Assembly: GCA_041750285.1 (NCBI GenBank)
Contig: JBGSZS010000004.1
Location: 288,001 to 352,000 of the forward strand
Direction: 5' to 3'
DNA from: Candidatus Fermentibacteraceae bacterium
GTDB taxonomy: Bacteria; Fermentibacterota; Fermentibacteria; Fermentibacterales; JCC-6
Length of the DNA stretch: 64,000 bases
Positions 1-8,262 of this stretch are shown here, piece by piece. The first letter of the stretch is position 1. Each line of letters opens with the position of its first letter. Under the pieces are notes generated by a model that did not search any database, was not told the origin of the DNA, and worked only from the letters and a program-made list of their open reading frames with translations. A program made the translations under genes and the position numbers.

Positions 1-247
1 CGGAAACGGAGATGAAGCTTCTGAAGAAGGACCTGTCGGAAACACAGGGGAACGCCACGGCCAGGGGGATCATGCGGTTGCCCTCGCTCGAGATCTGAAA
101 GTGGGTGAACACCCTGACGTTCTCGCCCCTCTGCAGGTCTGGGAGAAAGTAGCCCGGAACCAGCAACTCGAGTGTGAGAGAGCCCATGTCAAGAAGAAGA
201 ACGCCGTCCTCGGCTGACTCGACCGTTCCCCGCACCGCGTCAAGCAT
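1..247 (-). CDS. ruvA: Holliday junction branch migration protein RuvA (5' part, runs off the window)
   Basis: Manual translation MLDAVRGTVESAEDGVLLLDMG...VFTHFQI...FRSFISVS fits the RuvA N-terminal OB-fold and start of the HhH region; overlaps the ruvC stop. Confidence 0.85.
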   Translation of the reverse strand, partial: MLDAVRGTVESAEDGVLLLDMGSLTLELLVPGYFLPDLQRGENVRVFTHFQISSEGNRMIPLAVAFPCVSDRSFFRSFISVS

Positions 248-731
248 CGCCTGCCTCCTCGCAGTAAGCTATGGCCGCCGCCAGTGCGTCGCTCACGTCA
301 AGCGGGCTCAGTGGGCCGGTGATCCCCAGCAGCCGGCAAACCATGCCGTTCACCTGTTCCTTGCCCGCATTTCCCCGTCCCGTCACCGCCCTCTTGATGT
401 GGGTTGAGGGAATGGACCTGACAGGAATGTCGCGCTGCGCCGCGGCAAGGCACAGAACGCCCCTGGCGTGGGCCATTATGATGGATGTCCGGGGGTGCCT
501 GTAGTGGCTGTATATCTCTTCGATGGCCATGGCCATGGGTTTGTGCGTGTCCATGATCTCGCCCATGTCGTGATGCAGCTCGCGCAGCCTGTCCGGAAGG
601 GCCGCCCCGGATCCCGGCCTTATGATGCCTGCATCCACGAGTTTCATCACTCCTCCCGAGAGCGCCAGAACCCCGTATCCCGTGGTGTTGAGGCCCGGAT
701 CCACACCCAGAACGACCGTGCTGTCAGGCAA
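240..731 (-). CDS. ruvC: Crossover junction endodeoxyribonuclease RuvC
   Basis: VLGVDPGLNTTGYG, AIEE, IKRAVTGRGNAGKEQV, DVSDALAAA motifs. Confidence 0.97.
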   Translation of the reverse strand: MPDSTVVLGVDPGLNTTGYGVLALSGGVMKLVDAGIIRPGSGAALPDRLRELHHDMGEIMDTHKPMAMAIEEIYSHYRHPRTSIIMAHARGVLCLAAAQRDIPVRSIPSTHIKRAVTGRGNAGKEQVNGMVCRLLGITGPLSPLDVSDALAAAIAYCEEAGDA

Positions 732-1457
732 TCAGTCCGCCTGCTCGAAGTTCGAGTAAACGGCCTGAATGTCCTCGTTCTCCTCCAGTGCGTTCAGCAG
801 CCTTATGTTCTGCTCGGCCTCGCGGCCGGAGAGGGCCACGGTGTTGGCGGGAACCTTCACTATCTCGGCCGAGTCGACCTTCACTCCGGCCGATTCGAGT
901 GCCTCCTTGACCTTGAAGACGTCTTCTGGGGCGCTCGAGAGAACGAGCAGACCCTCCTCGAGGTACACGTCTTCGAGTCCGGCTTCCATTCCTGCTTCCA
1001 TCACCTGTTCCTCGGTGAATGCCGAGGCGTCGACCGTCAGCTGCCCCTGTTTGCTGAACAGGTACGCAACGCTGTTGCGTGACCCGAGGCTGCCGCCACC
1101 CTTGGACAGGGTGTGTCTGACTTCGGCGGCGGAACGGTTGCGATTGTCGGTAAGGACTTCGATGAGTATCGCCACGCCACCGGGACCGTAGGCTTCGTAG
1201 GTGATCTCCTCGTAGGTGATACCCTCGAGTTCGCCAGTTCCCCTCTTGATCGCCCTGTCGATGTTTTCATTGGGCATGTTCTGGCTTTTGGCCGTATCGA
1301 TGGCAACACGCAGACGGGGGTTCATGTCTGCGTCTCCGCCTCCCTCACGGGCGGCAACGGAAATCTCCTTCACAAGACGGCTGAAGATCTTGCCCCTCTC
1401 CGCGTCGGCCTTGCCCTTCTTGTGCTTTATGGTGCTCCATTTATTGTGACCGGACAT
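732..1457 (-). CDS. yebC: YebC/PmpR family protein
   Basis: MSGHNKWSTIKHKKG, YEAYGPGG, LTDNRNR; yebC-ruvC-ruvA order. Confidence 0.97.
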   Translation of the reverse strand: MSGHNKWSTIKHKKGKADAERGKIFSRLVKEISVAAREGGGDADMNPRLRVAIDTAKSQNMPNENIDRAIKRGTGELEGITYEEITYEAYGPGGVAILIEVLTDNRNRSAAEVRHTLSKGGGSLGSRNSVAYLFSKQGQLTVDASAFTEEQVMEAGMEAGLEDVYLEEGLLVLSSAPEDVFKVKEALESAGVKVDSAEIVKVPANTVALSGREAEQNIRLLNALEENEDIQAVYSNFEQAD

Positions 1458-1520
1458 TCTCTCTCCTCTTCGTGAATCGTTGCTTCATGGCATGGATTTT
1501 AGAGTCTGAAACACCCCGGG

Positions 1521-2213
1521 TCAACGGGGTGGATCACTATGAAACGCAAGTACCCTCTCCAGGTCCGGCATGTTCCTTCTGAAAAAGGAAACATCAGGCC
1601 CGGGCAGGAAAACCGTCTCCTCCCGCAACAGCGCCGGCAGGACCATGAGAGCAATGGATCTAACCCGCACCGACAGCCTCACATCGGCAAGCCAGTCGGG
1701 AGCAGCTGCCTCCTGCCCGGTGCAGACACCCCTGGCCAGTTCGGGAACCTCATCAGGGGAGGAAAAGACACCAGCGAGCCTGGGCCATCCCGCATCGACC
1801 TGAGGGGGCAGTGAAGGTGCTGCTGCGCTAAGTCTTACCGCGATGTCGAAAAGCCCGTTCACGGAGAAGGCCGGGATCACCAGACTTCTTTCGCCCGAAT
1901 AGCCTCCGGTCTCCCTCAGGCCGCTCTCCGTGGACGGGGAGAACCATCTGCCCCGCTGAATACCCACCTTATGAGTCTCCCGTCGGGTCGTCCGGCTCTC
2001 GACGGTCACATCGGCTTCCACCGACCAGAACGGAAGGGGGAGGGCCTGATCGTCACGCGAAACCCTTACCGAAGACGGAAGCATTGACAATCCATCCCCT
2101 CCTATGCCCCATGCCGTTCCGCAACCCTGGCAAAGGAAGGATGAGTCGGTGGAAAGACCGGACAGGGGTGCATGACATCTTCCACAAGCAAGCACTGTCA
2201 TCCGTTCAGCCAT
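1521..2213 (-). CDS. Hypothetical zinc-ribbon protein
   Basis: N-terminal CGRC...CQGC, then an LPFW motif; overlaps the upstream stop. Confidence 0.75.
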   Translation of the reverse strand: MAERMTVLACGRCHAPLSGLSTDSSFLCQGCGTAWGIGGDGLSMLPSSVRVSRDDQALPLPFWSVEADVTVESRTTRRETHKVGIQRGRWFSPSTESGLRETGGYSGERSLVIPAFSVNGLFDIAVRLSAAAPSLPPQVDAGWPRLAGVFSSPDEVPELARGVCTGQEAAAPDWLADVRLSVRVRSIALMVLPALLREETVFLPGPDVSFFRRNMPDLERVLAFHSDPPR

Positions 2214-3240
2214 GTTTTCCGCCAGGGAACCTTCCCCAGTTGAACCTGAAGGCCTTACCCGCCGCCGAAGCGGCAGCCAGCACTCCGAAAACGATCAGCA
2301 CCCTCAGCACGGGAGGGGCAACGCAGCAGACATGCACAAGCGGTGGGAGGATGGATGCAGTCAAAACACCCGCAGCGGTGACAACCATCCTGCTCCTTTT
2401 GACATCCGAGGGAAACCGTCCGCTCAGGATGGTTCCGGTCCTGCCGTCCACAACCGTGCCGAAGCTCTTCTGGAAAGCGGTAAAACCCACGATCCAGAGC
2501 GGGTAGTATACCAGCCTTTCCCGTCTCCCCGTTACGCACAGATGAAGGGTCCTCTGTTCCAGGCCCGTTCCCGTCCCCCGGGAGTACCTGTCGACCATCC
2601 GGGCTGCCTCTTCCCTCGCTTCTCCAAGGTCGACCACGGGATCGACCACGATCCCTTCCGGCAGCCGGGCAGAGTCAAACACCTGAAGGCCGTCGGGCAG
2701 ACGCCCCCTGCCAAGTTCCATCCCGGCAAGCGCCATCTGGGTCTTCTCGCCAAGCGACGGGATTCCAACGGGTTCAAGCCTGGCGGCGCTGACCGTCAGG
2801 TCGAGATCGAGGCTGACCCTCTGTTCCACCGCCTCGGAGCCGGTGCGCTGTCTGACCAGTCTGCTTGTGATGACCGGTGCGGAGCCGTCGCCCGAAGGTT
2901 CGAACTCCGTCTCCACCTCCCTCTCCGTATACACCCCCCTGGTGCCCAGGACAAAGCCGTCCACCCTGCATGTAATGCTCCAGAAGGGAACGTAGTAGAG
3001 AACCGCCGTGTTTACAATTGACCCTTCGGGAAGTGTGCCGGTCGCTTGTCTCAGTCCGTCCCGCACTGCTCTGACCGCTCCCGTCCTGCCTATGCGGTCC
3101 TCCGATATGTACCGTCTGACTCCCCATGGAAGAAGCAGTCTGTTGCCGCAATGCCGGCAGACCGTGTTGGTGTCGCCGTCTGCCACCGAAAGCAGTCCTG
3201 CGCAGCTCGGGCAGGAGAGGGTCAGAAGAGCCCCGCTCAT
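2206..3240 (-). CDS. Zinc-ribbon membrane protein
   Basis: Start reassigned to ATG 3240 (MSGALLTLSCPSC, ATGA overlap); CPSC..CRHC, YVPFW, YYPLW, VDGRTG, two C-terminal TM helices. Confidence 0.75.
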   Translation of the reverse strand: MSGALLTLSCPSCAGLLSVADGDTNTVCRHCGNRLLLPWGVRRYISEDRIGRTGAVRAVRDGLRQATGTLPEGSIVNTAVLYYVPFWSITCRVDGFVLGTRGVYTEREVETEFEPSGDGSAPVITSRLVRQRTGSEAVEQRVSLDLDLTVSAARLEPVGIPSLGEKTQMALAGMELGRGRLPDGLQVFDSARLPEGIVVDPVVDLGEAREEAARMVDRYSRGTGTGLEQRTLHLCVTGRRERLVYYPLWIVGFTAFQKSFGTVVDGRTGTILSGRFPSDVKRSRMVVTAAGVLTASILPPLVHVCCVAPPVLRVLIVFGVLAAASAAGKAFRFNWGRFPGGKHG

Positions 3241-3875
3241 TCCCCTGCCCTCCTGCGCCCGATGATCGTTGCAGCCCAGTAACCGGCGCAGGCGGAAACG
3301 ATCACGGCCAGCACCGGAGAGATCGAACGCAGTAACAGGTAAAAGACAATGGAAGGAAGGATCCCGGCCAGAAGCGAACGGAAAAAAATCCCCTCGAAGT
3401 CCGGCCCCCCCGATCCGACAGGTTCTCCGTGGCCCGGCACTCGTCCCGAGACACCGTCGAGAAGCATCCCCTCGCCGGTAGCGGTGATGGTGACCGAGTA
3501 GAACGGGTGATAGACCAGCCTTCCCTCGAGGCATTCGGAGGGAACGGTCTCACCTCTGGGGTCACCTCCTTCCGGCCACGGTCGCAACTCACCCGAGGGG
3601 GGAACGTAGTCATCCATGGCCGGGTATGGCTGGCTGAAGGCCTTGCCGAGCCGGGAACCGTGAAGAACGTAGGGGAACCACATCAGGGAGGGTTGAAGGA
3701 CCTCGCCGGGAGGGAACAGCCTTGCCACCTTCTCACCGTCCAGGGCTGGTTCATGAAAGAAAACGCCCCCCTCCCATGAAAACCTTGAAAGAGCGCCGCA
3801 CCAGGAACAGCGTGCAAGCGAGCCGGGACCCCTGATGTCCAGAACGCCTCCGCACTGGGTGCACTCGACCCTCAT
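3237..3875 (-). CDS. Zinc-ribbon membrane protein
   Basis: Start ATG 3875 (MRVECTQC, TGATG overlap); CTQC..CSWC, YHPFY, LDGVSG, two C-terminal TM helices. Confidence 0.75.
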   Translation of the reverse strand: MRVECTQCGGVLDIRGPGSLARCSWCGALSRFSWEGGVFFHEPALDGEKVARLFPPGEVLQPSLMWFPYVLHGSRLGKAFSQPYPAMDDYVPPSGELRPWPEGGDPRGETVPSECLEGRLVYHPFYSVTITATGEGMLLDGVSGRVPGHGEPVGSGGPDFEGIFFRSLLAGILPSIVFYLLLRSISPVLAVIVSACAGYWAATIIGRRRAGE

Positions 3876-4897
3876 CAGGGTCGACCTTCGCACAGGGAGG
3901 TTCCATCGCGGAGAAGGTCCATGGTTTTCACAAGCCACCCCTGTTTCCACTCCAGAAGCCTTTCCGATTCGGTTTTAACATCCATCCGGTCCAGAATGGC
4001 GGAAAGATCATCGCCGGGCCTGGCGATGCGGGAAAGGAAACCCCATCCCGTAAGCCCCCTGGCGCTGTGCTGGACAAGCACGTTCGGAATGCCCAGGGAT
4101 GCAGCGAGGCCCGAACCGTGTACCCTGGGGCCCACGACGAGGTCGCAGGTGTCGAAGATGGCTGCGTAGTCCTCCGCCAGGGCGCTGTACCTTGTGTCCG
4201 CATCGGGGAACGCCCGTCTCGCGGCAAGGAAATCGGCGCATGTGTGGCAGATAACGACGCAGGGATGCTCATCCATGATCCGGCGGTACTGCACGAGCAG
4301 GTATTCGTACGTGGCTGGGTTCACGCTGTTGAACCTCTGGGTGCAGTTCTGAAAGACCAGTCCCACGACCCCTGGAGCCGTTCTCAGCCTCTGGGTCCTT
4401 GAGGCGAAAAGGGCAGTGCAGGGCAGCAGGTGGGGGTCGTAAGCCCTGAGGGCACTTGCGGCAGCCTCGTCCCTGACGGTGACCAGTTCGCACGGGCCCC
4501 CAAGAACGGAACGCAGAAGGCCGTGTTCCCTGCCCTCAACGCTGAATGCTCCCCCCGATCCGGCGCCCACGGCAAGAAAGGCGCAGGGCACCCTGTTCCT
4601 GATGACGAACCGGAAAAGCGCTTCCATCCTGCCGCCGATGCGCCATTCCGGTGAACCTGCGATTATCAGGTAGTCGACCGCTGCCGGATCATCGAGATAG
4701 AAGGAGTTGTCGGAATGCCAGCTTCTTCTGAAAAGAAGCCTCTTCGAAAGCCTGTTGGGCGTGATCATGGGATGTCTGTTGTAAAGAAGGCGGTTGTACC
4801 TCACTCCAAGCGAATCGAGGACGTTCAGCACTCCGAACAGGATGAGTTCGTCACCCGGATTGAACTGCCTGGTGGCGGAAAAGAGGATGTTCTTCAG
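3875..4897 (-). CDS. Polysaccharide pyruvyl transferase family protein
   Basis: Extending to CTG 4897 restores the NPGDELI motif; also IIAGSP, TVRDE, GPRVHG; SD AAGGAG 5 nt upstream. Confidence 0.75.
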   Translation of the reverse strand: MKNILFSATRQFNPGDELILFGVLNVLDSLGVRYNRLLYNRHPMITPNRLSKRLLFRRSWHSDNSFYLDDPAAVDYLIIAGSPEWRIGGRMEALFRFVIRNRVPCAFLAVGAGSGGAFSVEGREHGLLRSVLGGPCELVTVRDEAAASALRAYDPHLLPCTALFASRTQRLRTAPGVVGLVFQNCTQRFNSVNPATYEYLLVQYRRIMDEHPCVVICHTCADFLAARRAFPDADTRYSALAEDYAAIFDTCDLVVGPRVHGSGLAASLGIPNVLVQHSARGLTGWGFLSRIARPGDDLSAILDRMDVKTESERLLEWKQGWLVKTMDLLRDGTSLCEGRP

Positions 4898-5955
4898 GTT
4901 CTCTCCTTAATCAGGTCCTCAAGGGCATCGACCACGGTCAAGGCAGCTACCGACTCCATTGTCCCGTCAGGCGAGACCACGGCTCGGCAAGCCACCCTGC
5001 ACGGCTTCCACAGCGTCTGCTTCTCGCGTGAAATGTACATCGCCACGACCGGCACACCAAGTGCGTCCGCCATGTGGACCATGGCGGTGTCCGGCGTCAG
5101 CAGGACATCCATTCCCGAGAGCGCGGCACAGACTTCCAGTATGTCTGCTGAAGGACAGACGGCCGACACCCTTCCCCCGGCAAATGTTTCCGCAAGTTGC
5201 GCTCCCCTCGGGTCGGAAGGCGGTGTGAACACGTGAACCGCAAGCGAGGGGAATCTCTGGAGAATCATCCCCACGGCTTCGGTCCATCTTCCGAGGCTCC
5301 ATTCCCTGCGGGAGTCTCCCGCAGCCAGGTTCACTCCGACCCGGAATTCCGTCGATGATGATGCATCGCCATGCCCGATGTAGATCCGGGGGCAGATGTC
5401 CCTGCCCTCGAGGCTCCCGCCCAGCGGTTCGATGATCGATACCGTCTCCTCCAGCATGGTCCTTGTCGCACCGCCCCAGATACTGCGTCTGATGTTCACG
5501 TTGTAGAAGTGGTCAAGGCCGGTTTCGGTGGCGACACGGACCCTCACCGCATTTCCTGGAGCACTGAGCCGGGCTATGACGGCCCCGGTGAAGGAGGGGT
5601 AGAACACAAGGTTCACGACCGCATCGAACCGCTGCCGTCTCAGTGAGTGGATCAGCCCCGGAAACTCGAGCGGCTTTTTCTTTCTGAAGACACTTATCCC
5701 GTCAACGTTGGGGTCGTTCCGGATCACGCCGCAGTTGGAGGGCGAGGCCAGAACATGAACCCTGATGCCGGGAAACTCCTCCTTGACAAGCCTGAAGAGG
5801 CCGGTGCTTATCACCATGTCGCCCAGCCTGTCGTAGCGAAGGAACAGCACCGACCGGGCCTTTGAAAGGTCGGCGGATGGCATGGGTCCCGCTTTTACAA
5901 GGAGCCGCAGAAGGGCCGAAAAAAGCCTCTTCGATGCCTTCTCCGCCTCCTTCAG
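4894..5955 (-). CDS. Glycosyltransferase family 9 (heptosyltransferase-like)
   Basis: LRYDRLGDMV and TPDTAMVHMADALGVP motifs; start uncertain (CTG 5955 or ATG 5883); the 6507 start in the track lies inside the next gene. Confidence 0.85.
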   Translation of the reverse strand: MKEAEKASKRLFSALLRLLVKAGPMPSADLSKARSVLFLRYDRLGDMVISTGLFRLVKEEFPGIRVHVLASPSNCGVIRNDPNVDGISVFRKKKPLEFPGLIHSLRRQRFDAVVNLVFYPSFTGAVIARLSAPGNAVRVRVATETGLDHFYNVNIRRSIWGGATRTMLEETVSIIEPLGGSLEGRDICPRIYIGHGDASSSTEFRVGVNLAAGDSRREWSLGRWTEAVGMILQRFPSLAVHVFTPPSDPRGAQLAETFAGGRVSAVCPSADILEVCAALSGMDVLLTPDTAMVHMADALGVPVVAMYISREKQTLWKPCRVACRAVVSPDGTMESVAALTVVDALEDLIKERT

Positions 5956-5963
5956 GGGGCCTC

Positions 5964-8135
5964 TTATGGAAGCACCGTCATTCTCGCGGTTTGTACGCCC
6001 GCAGGTCCGGCGAGCCTGACGAAGTAGATGCCGGCGCTCATCGTGCGAACATCGACCGGAATGTTCACGCTGCCCGCTGCAAGTCCCGGTGTCAGGTCTT
6101 TCACCACCCTTCCCGCCACATCCAGCATGACCAGTGAAACCCCATCCGTTGAGCCAAGGCATACAGGTACTATTGCGGTGGCTCTTGCGGGGCTCGGTGT
6201 GACCATGCCGAGAAGGAATGAGTCTTCGACAAGGGTTTCGGAACCATCCGCCACCCCCACTCCCACCACCTGGGCGTGCACCGCTTCGGCGGGCCAGCCC
6301 GGGCCGAACGAGTCGTCGACCGCCCACGCCCTGAACCAGTAGTCTCCCGTGGGGAGACCGCTGACCGTGTGCTGGGAAGAACCCAGTCCGTCGGCCTGGA
6401 TGGTGTTCGTATTCCACACTTCCACCTTGATGTCGTCGATGTAGAGGGCGCAGCTCCCCGCCGGGCCGTAACTCTCCCACCGGAAGGAAAGGGTCTTGCC
6501 CTGCCACTCGTCAAGCTCGTGGATGTTGAAGCGCCAGTTCATGTCGTTGCGGCCGAACGTCTGGAGGTAGTACCAGTTCGCACCGCCATCGGGGCTGTAG
6601 CTGAAGGCTCCCTGGTAGCTCTCCGGAACGATGTTCTGCATGCTCCAGAAGCTGATCCGCCCACCTCCGCCCGGGGGGATGGTGACTGTCTGCTGCCAGG
6701 TCATGGCGCCGGTTCCGTTTGACCGGTAACACTGGCCCGGGCTGTGGTACTGGGTGCCTGTCATTATCCAGTTCACCTTGTTGAAGGGGCCCGAGTCTCC
6801 CGTGTCGTTCAGGGGGACCTGATACCCTGAAAGACGCTGAAGGGCGTAGGAAGACGCGTTGGACGCGTCGCTCCAGTCCACGGTGAAGCTGCCCGAGACC
6901 ATGCCTATCTCATCCATAACGGGAATGCCGGGCACCTCGGGATCGTAGGGGCGGCCGGCGAGGCACGCTGTAACGAGGTAGCTTCTGAGATTTCTGCGGG
7001 ACAGCCTGATGACCTCGTCCGCTGATGGCCAGAAACCGGCGAAGGAGGCTCCCGTTTCGTGGTTCCAACTCATAGCCCCGTACAGCCCGTAGGAATGGTC
7101 CCTGGTGTTGCCCGATGCGTAGTAGAACTGCGTGGAGGGGTAATGGTCCTCACCGGTGGCCCAAGTCACCATTATCTCGCCCTGCGTCGTGTACTGGGCC
7201 GCGTGTGTCGTGGGGTCGTCGGTCCAGCCCCAGGGGTAGATCAGGGCGTTCGCGTAAGCATGGGTCGAATGCATCTGGGCAGGTGGATGTGTCTGCCAGA
7301 ATGCATCGATGTTCGAAGTTTCGGGCTCGCTCAGGGGAGCGGTTCCGCGGTAGGTCTCGCTTGACGGGTCTCCGCTCGAGCCTGCGCCGCCCCAACCCAC
7401 CGCCCAGTTCCTGTTGAGGTCTATCCCCGAACCGCCCGCAGACAGGTTCCTGTTCTTCCTGTGCATGCCGCCGCCGCCTGGAGACTGCGCCTGATTGTAT
7501 ACCCAGCCGTCGATGTTGTTCACGGGAAGGCACCAGATCTCCCTGTTGTCGAGTATCCAGTCCGCCTGGTAACCGCAGTAACCGTTGCGGCCGTGGTTCG
7601 AGCAGAGCCACATCATCCAGTACTGTATGTTGCGAAGGCTGGCGCCTTCCCTGGAGTGGATGAGGCCGTCGTACCAGGCGTTGGGCATCGAGGGGTCGTC
7701 GGCGCTGAAGCTGTTGTTCGACGAGAGCTTCATGACGAGTTGCGGGCGGCCCTCGTAGGTGTTGCCAATGGATGTGGGGGCGCTGGTTATGCCGGGATTC
7801 GCGGCGTGCAGCGAGTCCATCCAGCTCTGCACCTCGGTCCAGGTCTGGAATCCCCCCATGGTGATGGGTTCACGGTACTGGGAGGTGTAGAGCGCGGTCA
7901 TGTCGGGTACGAGGCAGGTGGCCTGAAGGCCGCTTCGCAGCAGGAGAGCCCTTTCCGGGTCCGACGCCACGAAGTCGCAGGAAGCATCGGCGTAGACTAC
8001 CACAGGGTCGAACCCGAGCGCGCTGAACCTCTGGATGTCTCCCTCGCACACCGGCGTGAACCTCATCAGCGACCATGTTTCCGCGAAGACGGGACTCGAG
8101 GCCGCGACCGCAAGGAAAAGAACGGCTGTACGCAC
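5964..8135 (-). CDS. Secreted M14 zinc carboxypeptidase with T9SS/FlgD-like C-terminal domain
   Basis: GTG start after GGGAGG, signal peptide, GLIHSRE, RKNR, GIDLNRNW, SEPET, THAY; C-terminal DVAGRVV..AGIYFVRL. Confidence 0.88.
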   Translation of the reverse strand: MRTAVLFLAVAASSPVFAETWSLMRFTPVCEGDIQRFSALGFDPVVVYADASCDFVASDPERALLLRSGLQATCLVPDMTALYTSQYREPITMGGFQTWTEVQSWMDSLHAANPGITSAPTSIGNTYEGRPQLVMKLSSNNSFSADDPSMPNAWYDGLIHSREGASLRNIQYWMMWLCSNHGRNGYCGYQADWILDNREIWCLPVNNIDGWVYNQAQSPGGGGMHRKNRNLSAGGSGIDLNRNWAVGWGGAGSSGDPSSETYRGTAPLSEPETSNIDAFWQTHPPAQMHSTHAYANALIYPWGWTDDPTTHAAQYTTQGEIMVTWATGEDHYPSTQFYYASGNTRDHSYGLYGAMSWNHETGASFAGFWPSADEVIRLSRRNLRSYLVTACLAGRPYDPEVPGIPVMDEIGMVSGSFTVDWSDASNASSYALQRLSGYQVPLNDTGDSGPFNKVNWIMTGTQYHSPGQCYRSNGTGAMTWQQTVTIPPGGGGRISFWSMQNIVPESYQGAFSYSPDGGANWYYLQTFGRNDMNWRFNIHELDEWQGKTLSFRWESYGPAGSCALYIDDIKVEVWNTNTIQADGLGSSQHTVSGLPTGDYWFRAWAVDDSFGPGWPAEAVHAQVVGVGVADGSETLVEDSFLLGMVTPSPARATAIVPVCLGSTDGVSLVMLDVAGRVVKDLTPGLAAGSVNIPVDVRTMSAGIYFVRLAGPAGVQTARMTVLP

Positions 8136-8262
8136 AACTTGCCTCCCGTGCAAAGTGTTTTCAACTGGAAATATAGAAATGGGGGGCATGGGTGTCAGGA
8201 TTTTTGTATCTTCCGGAAAGAACGGAACAAAAGGCTTAAAGGTCACTGCACCGGAGGTTTCC

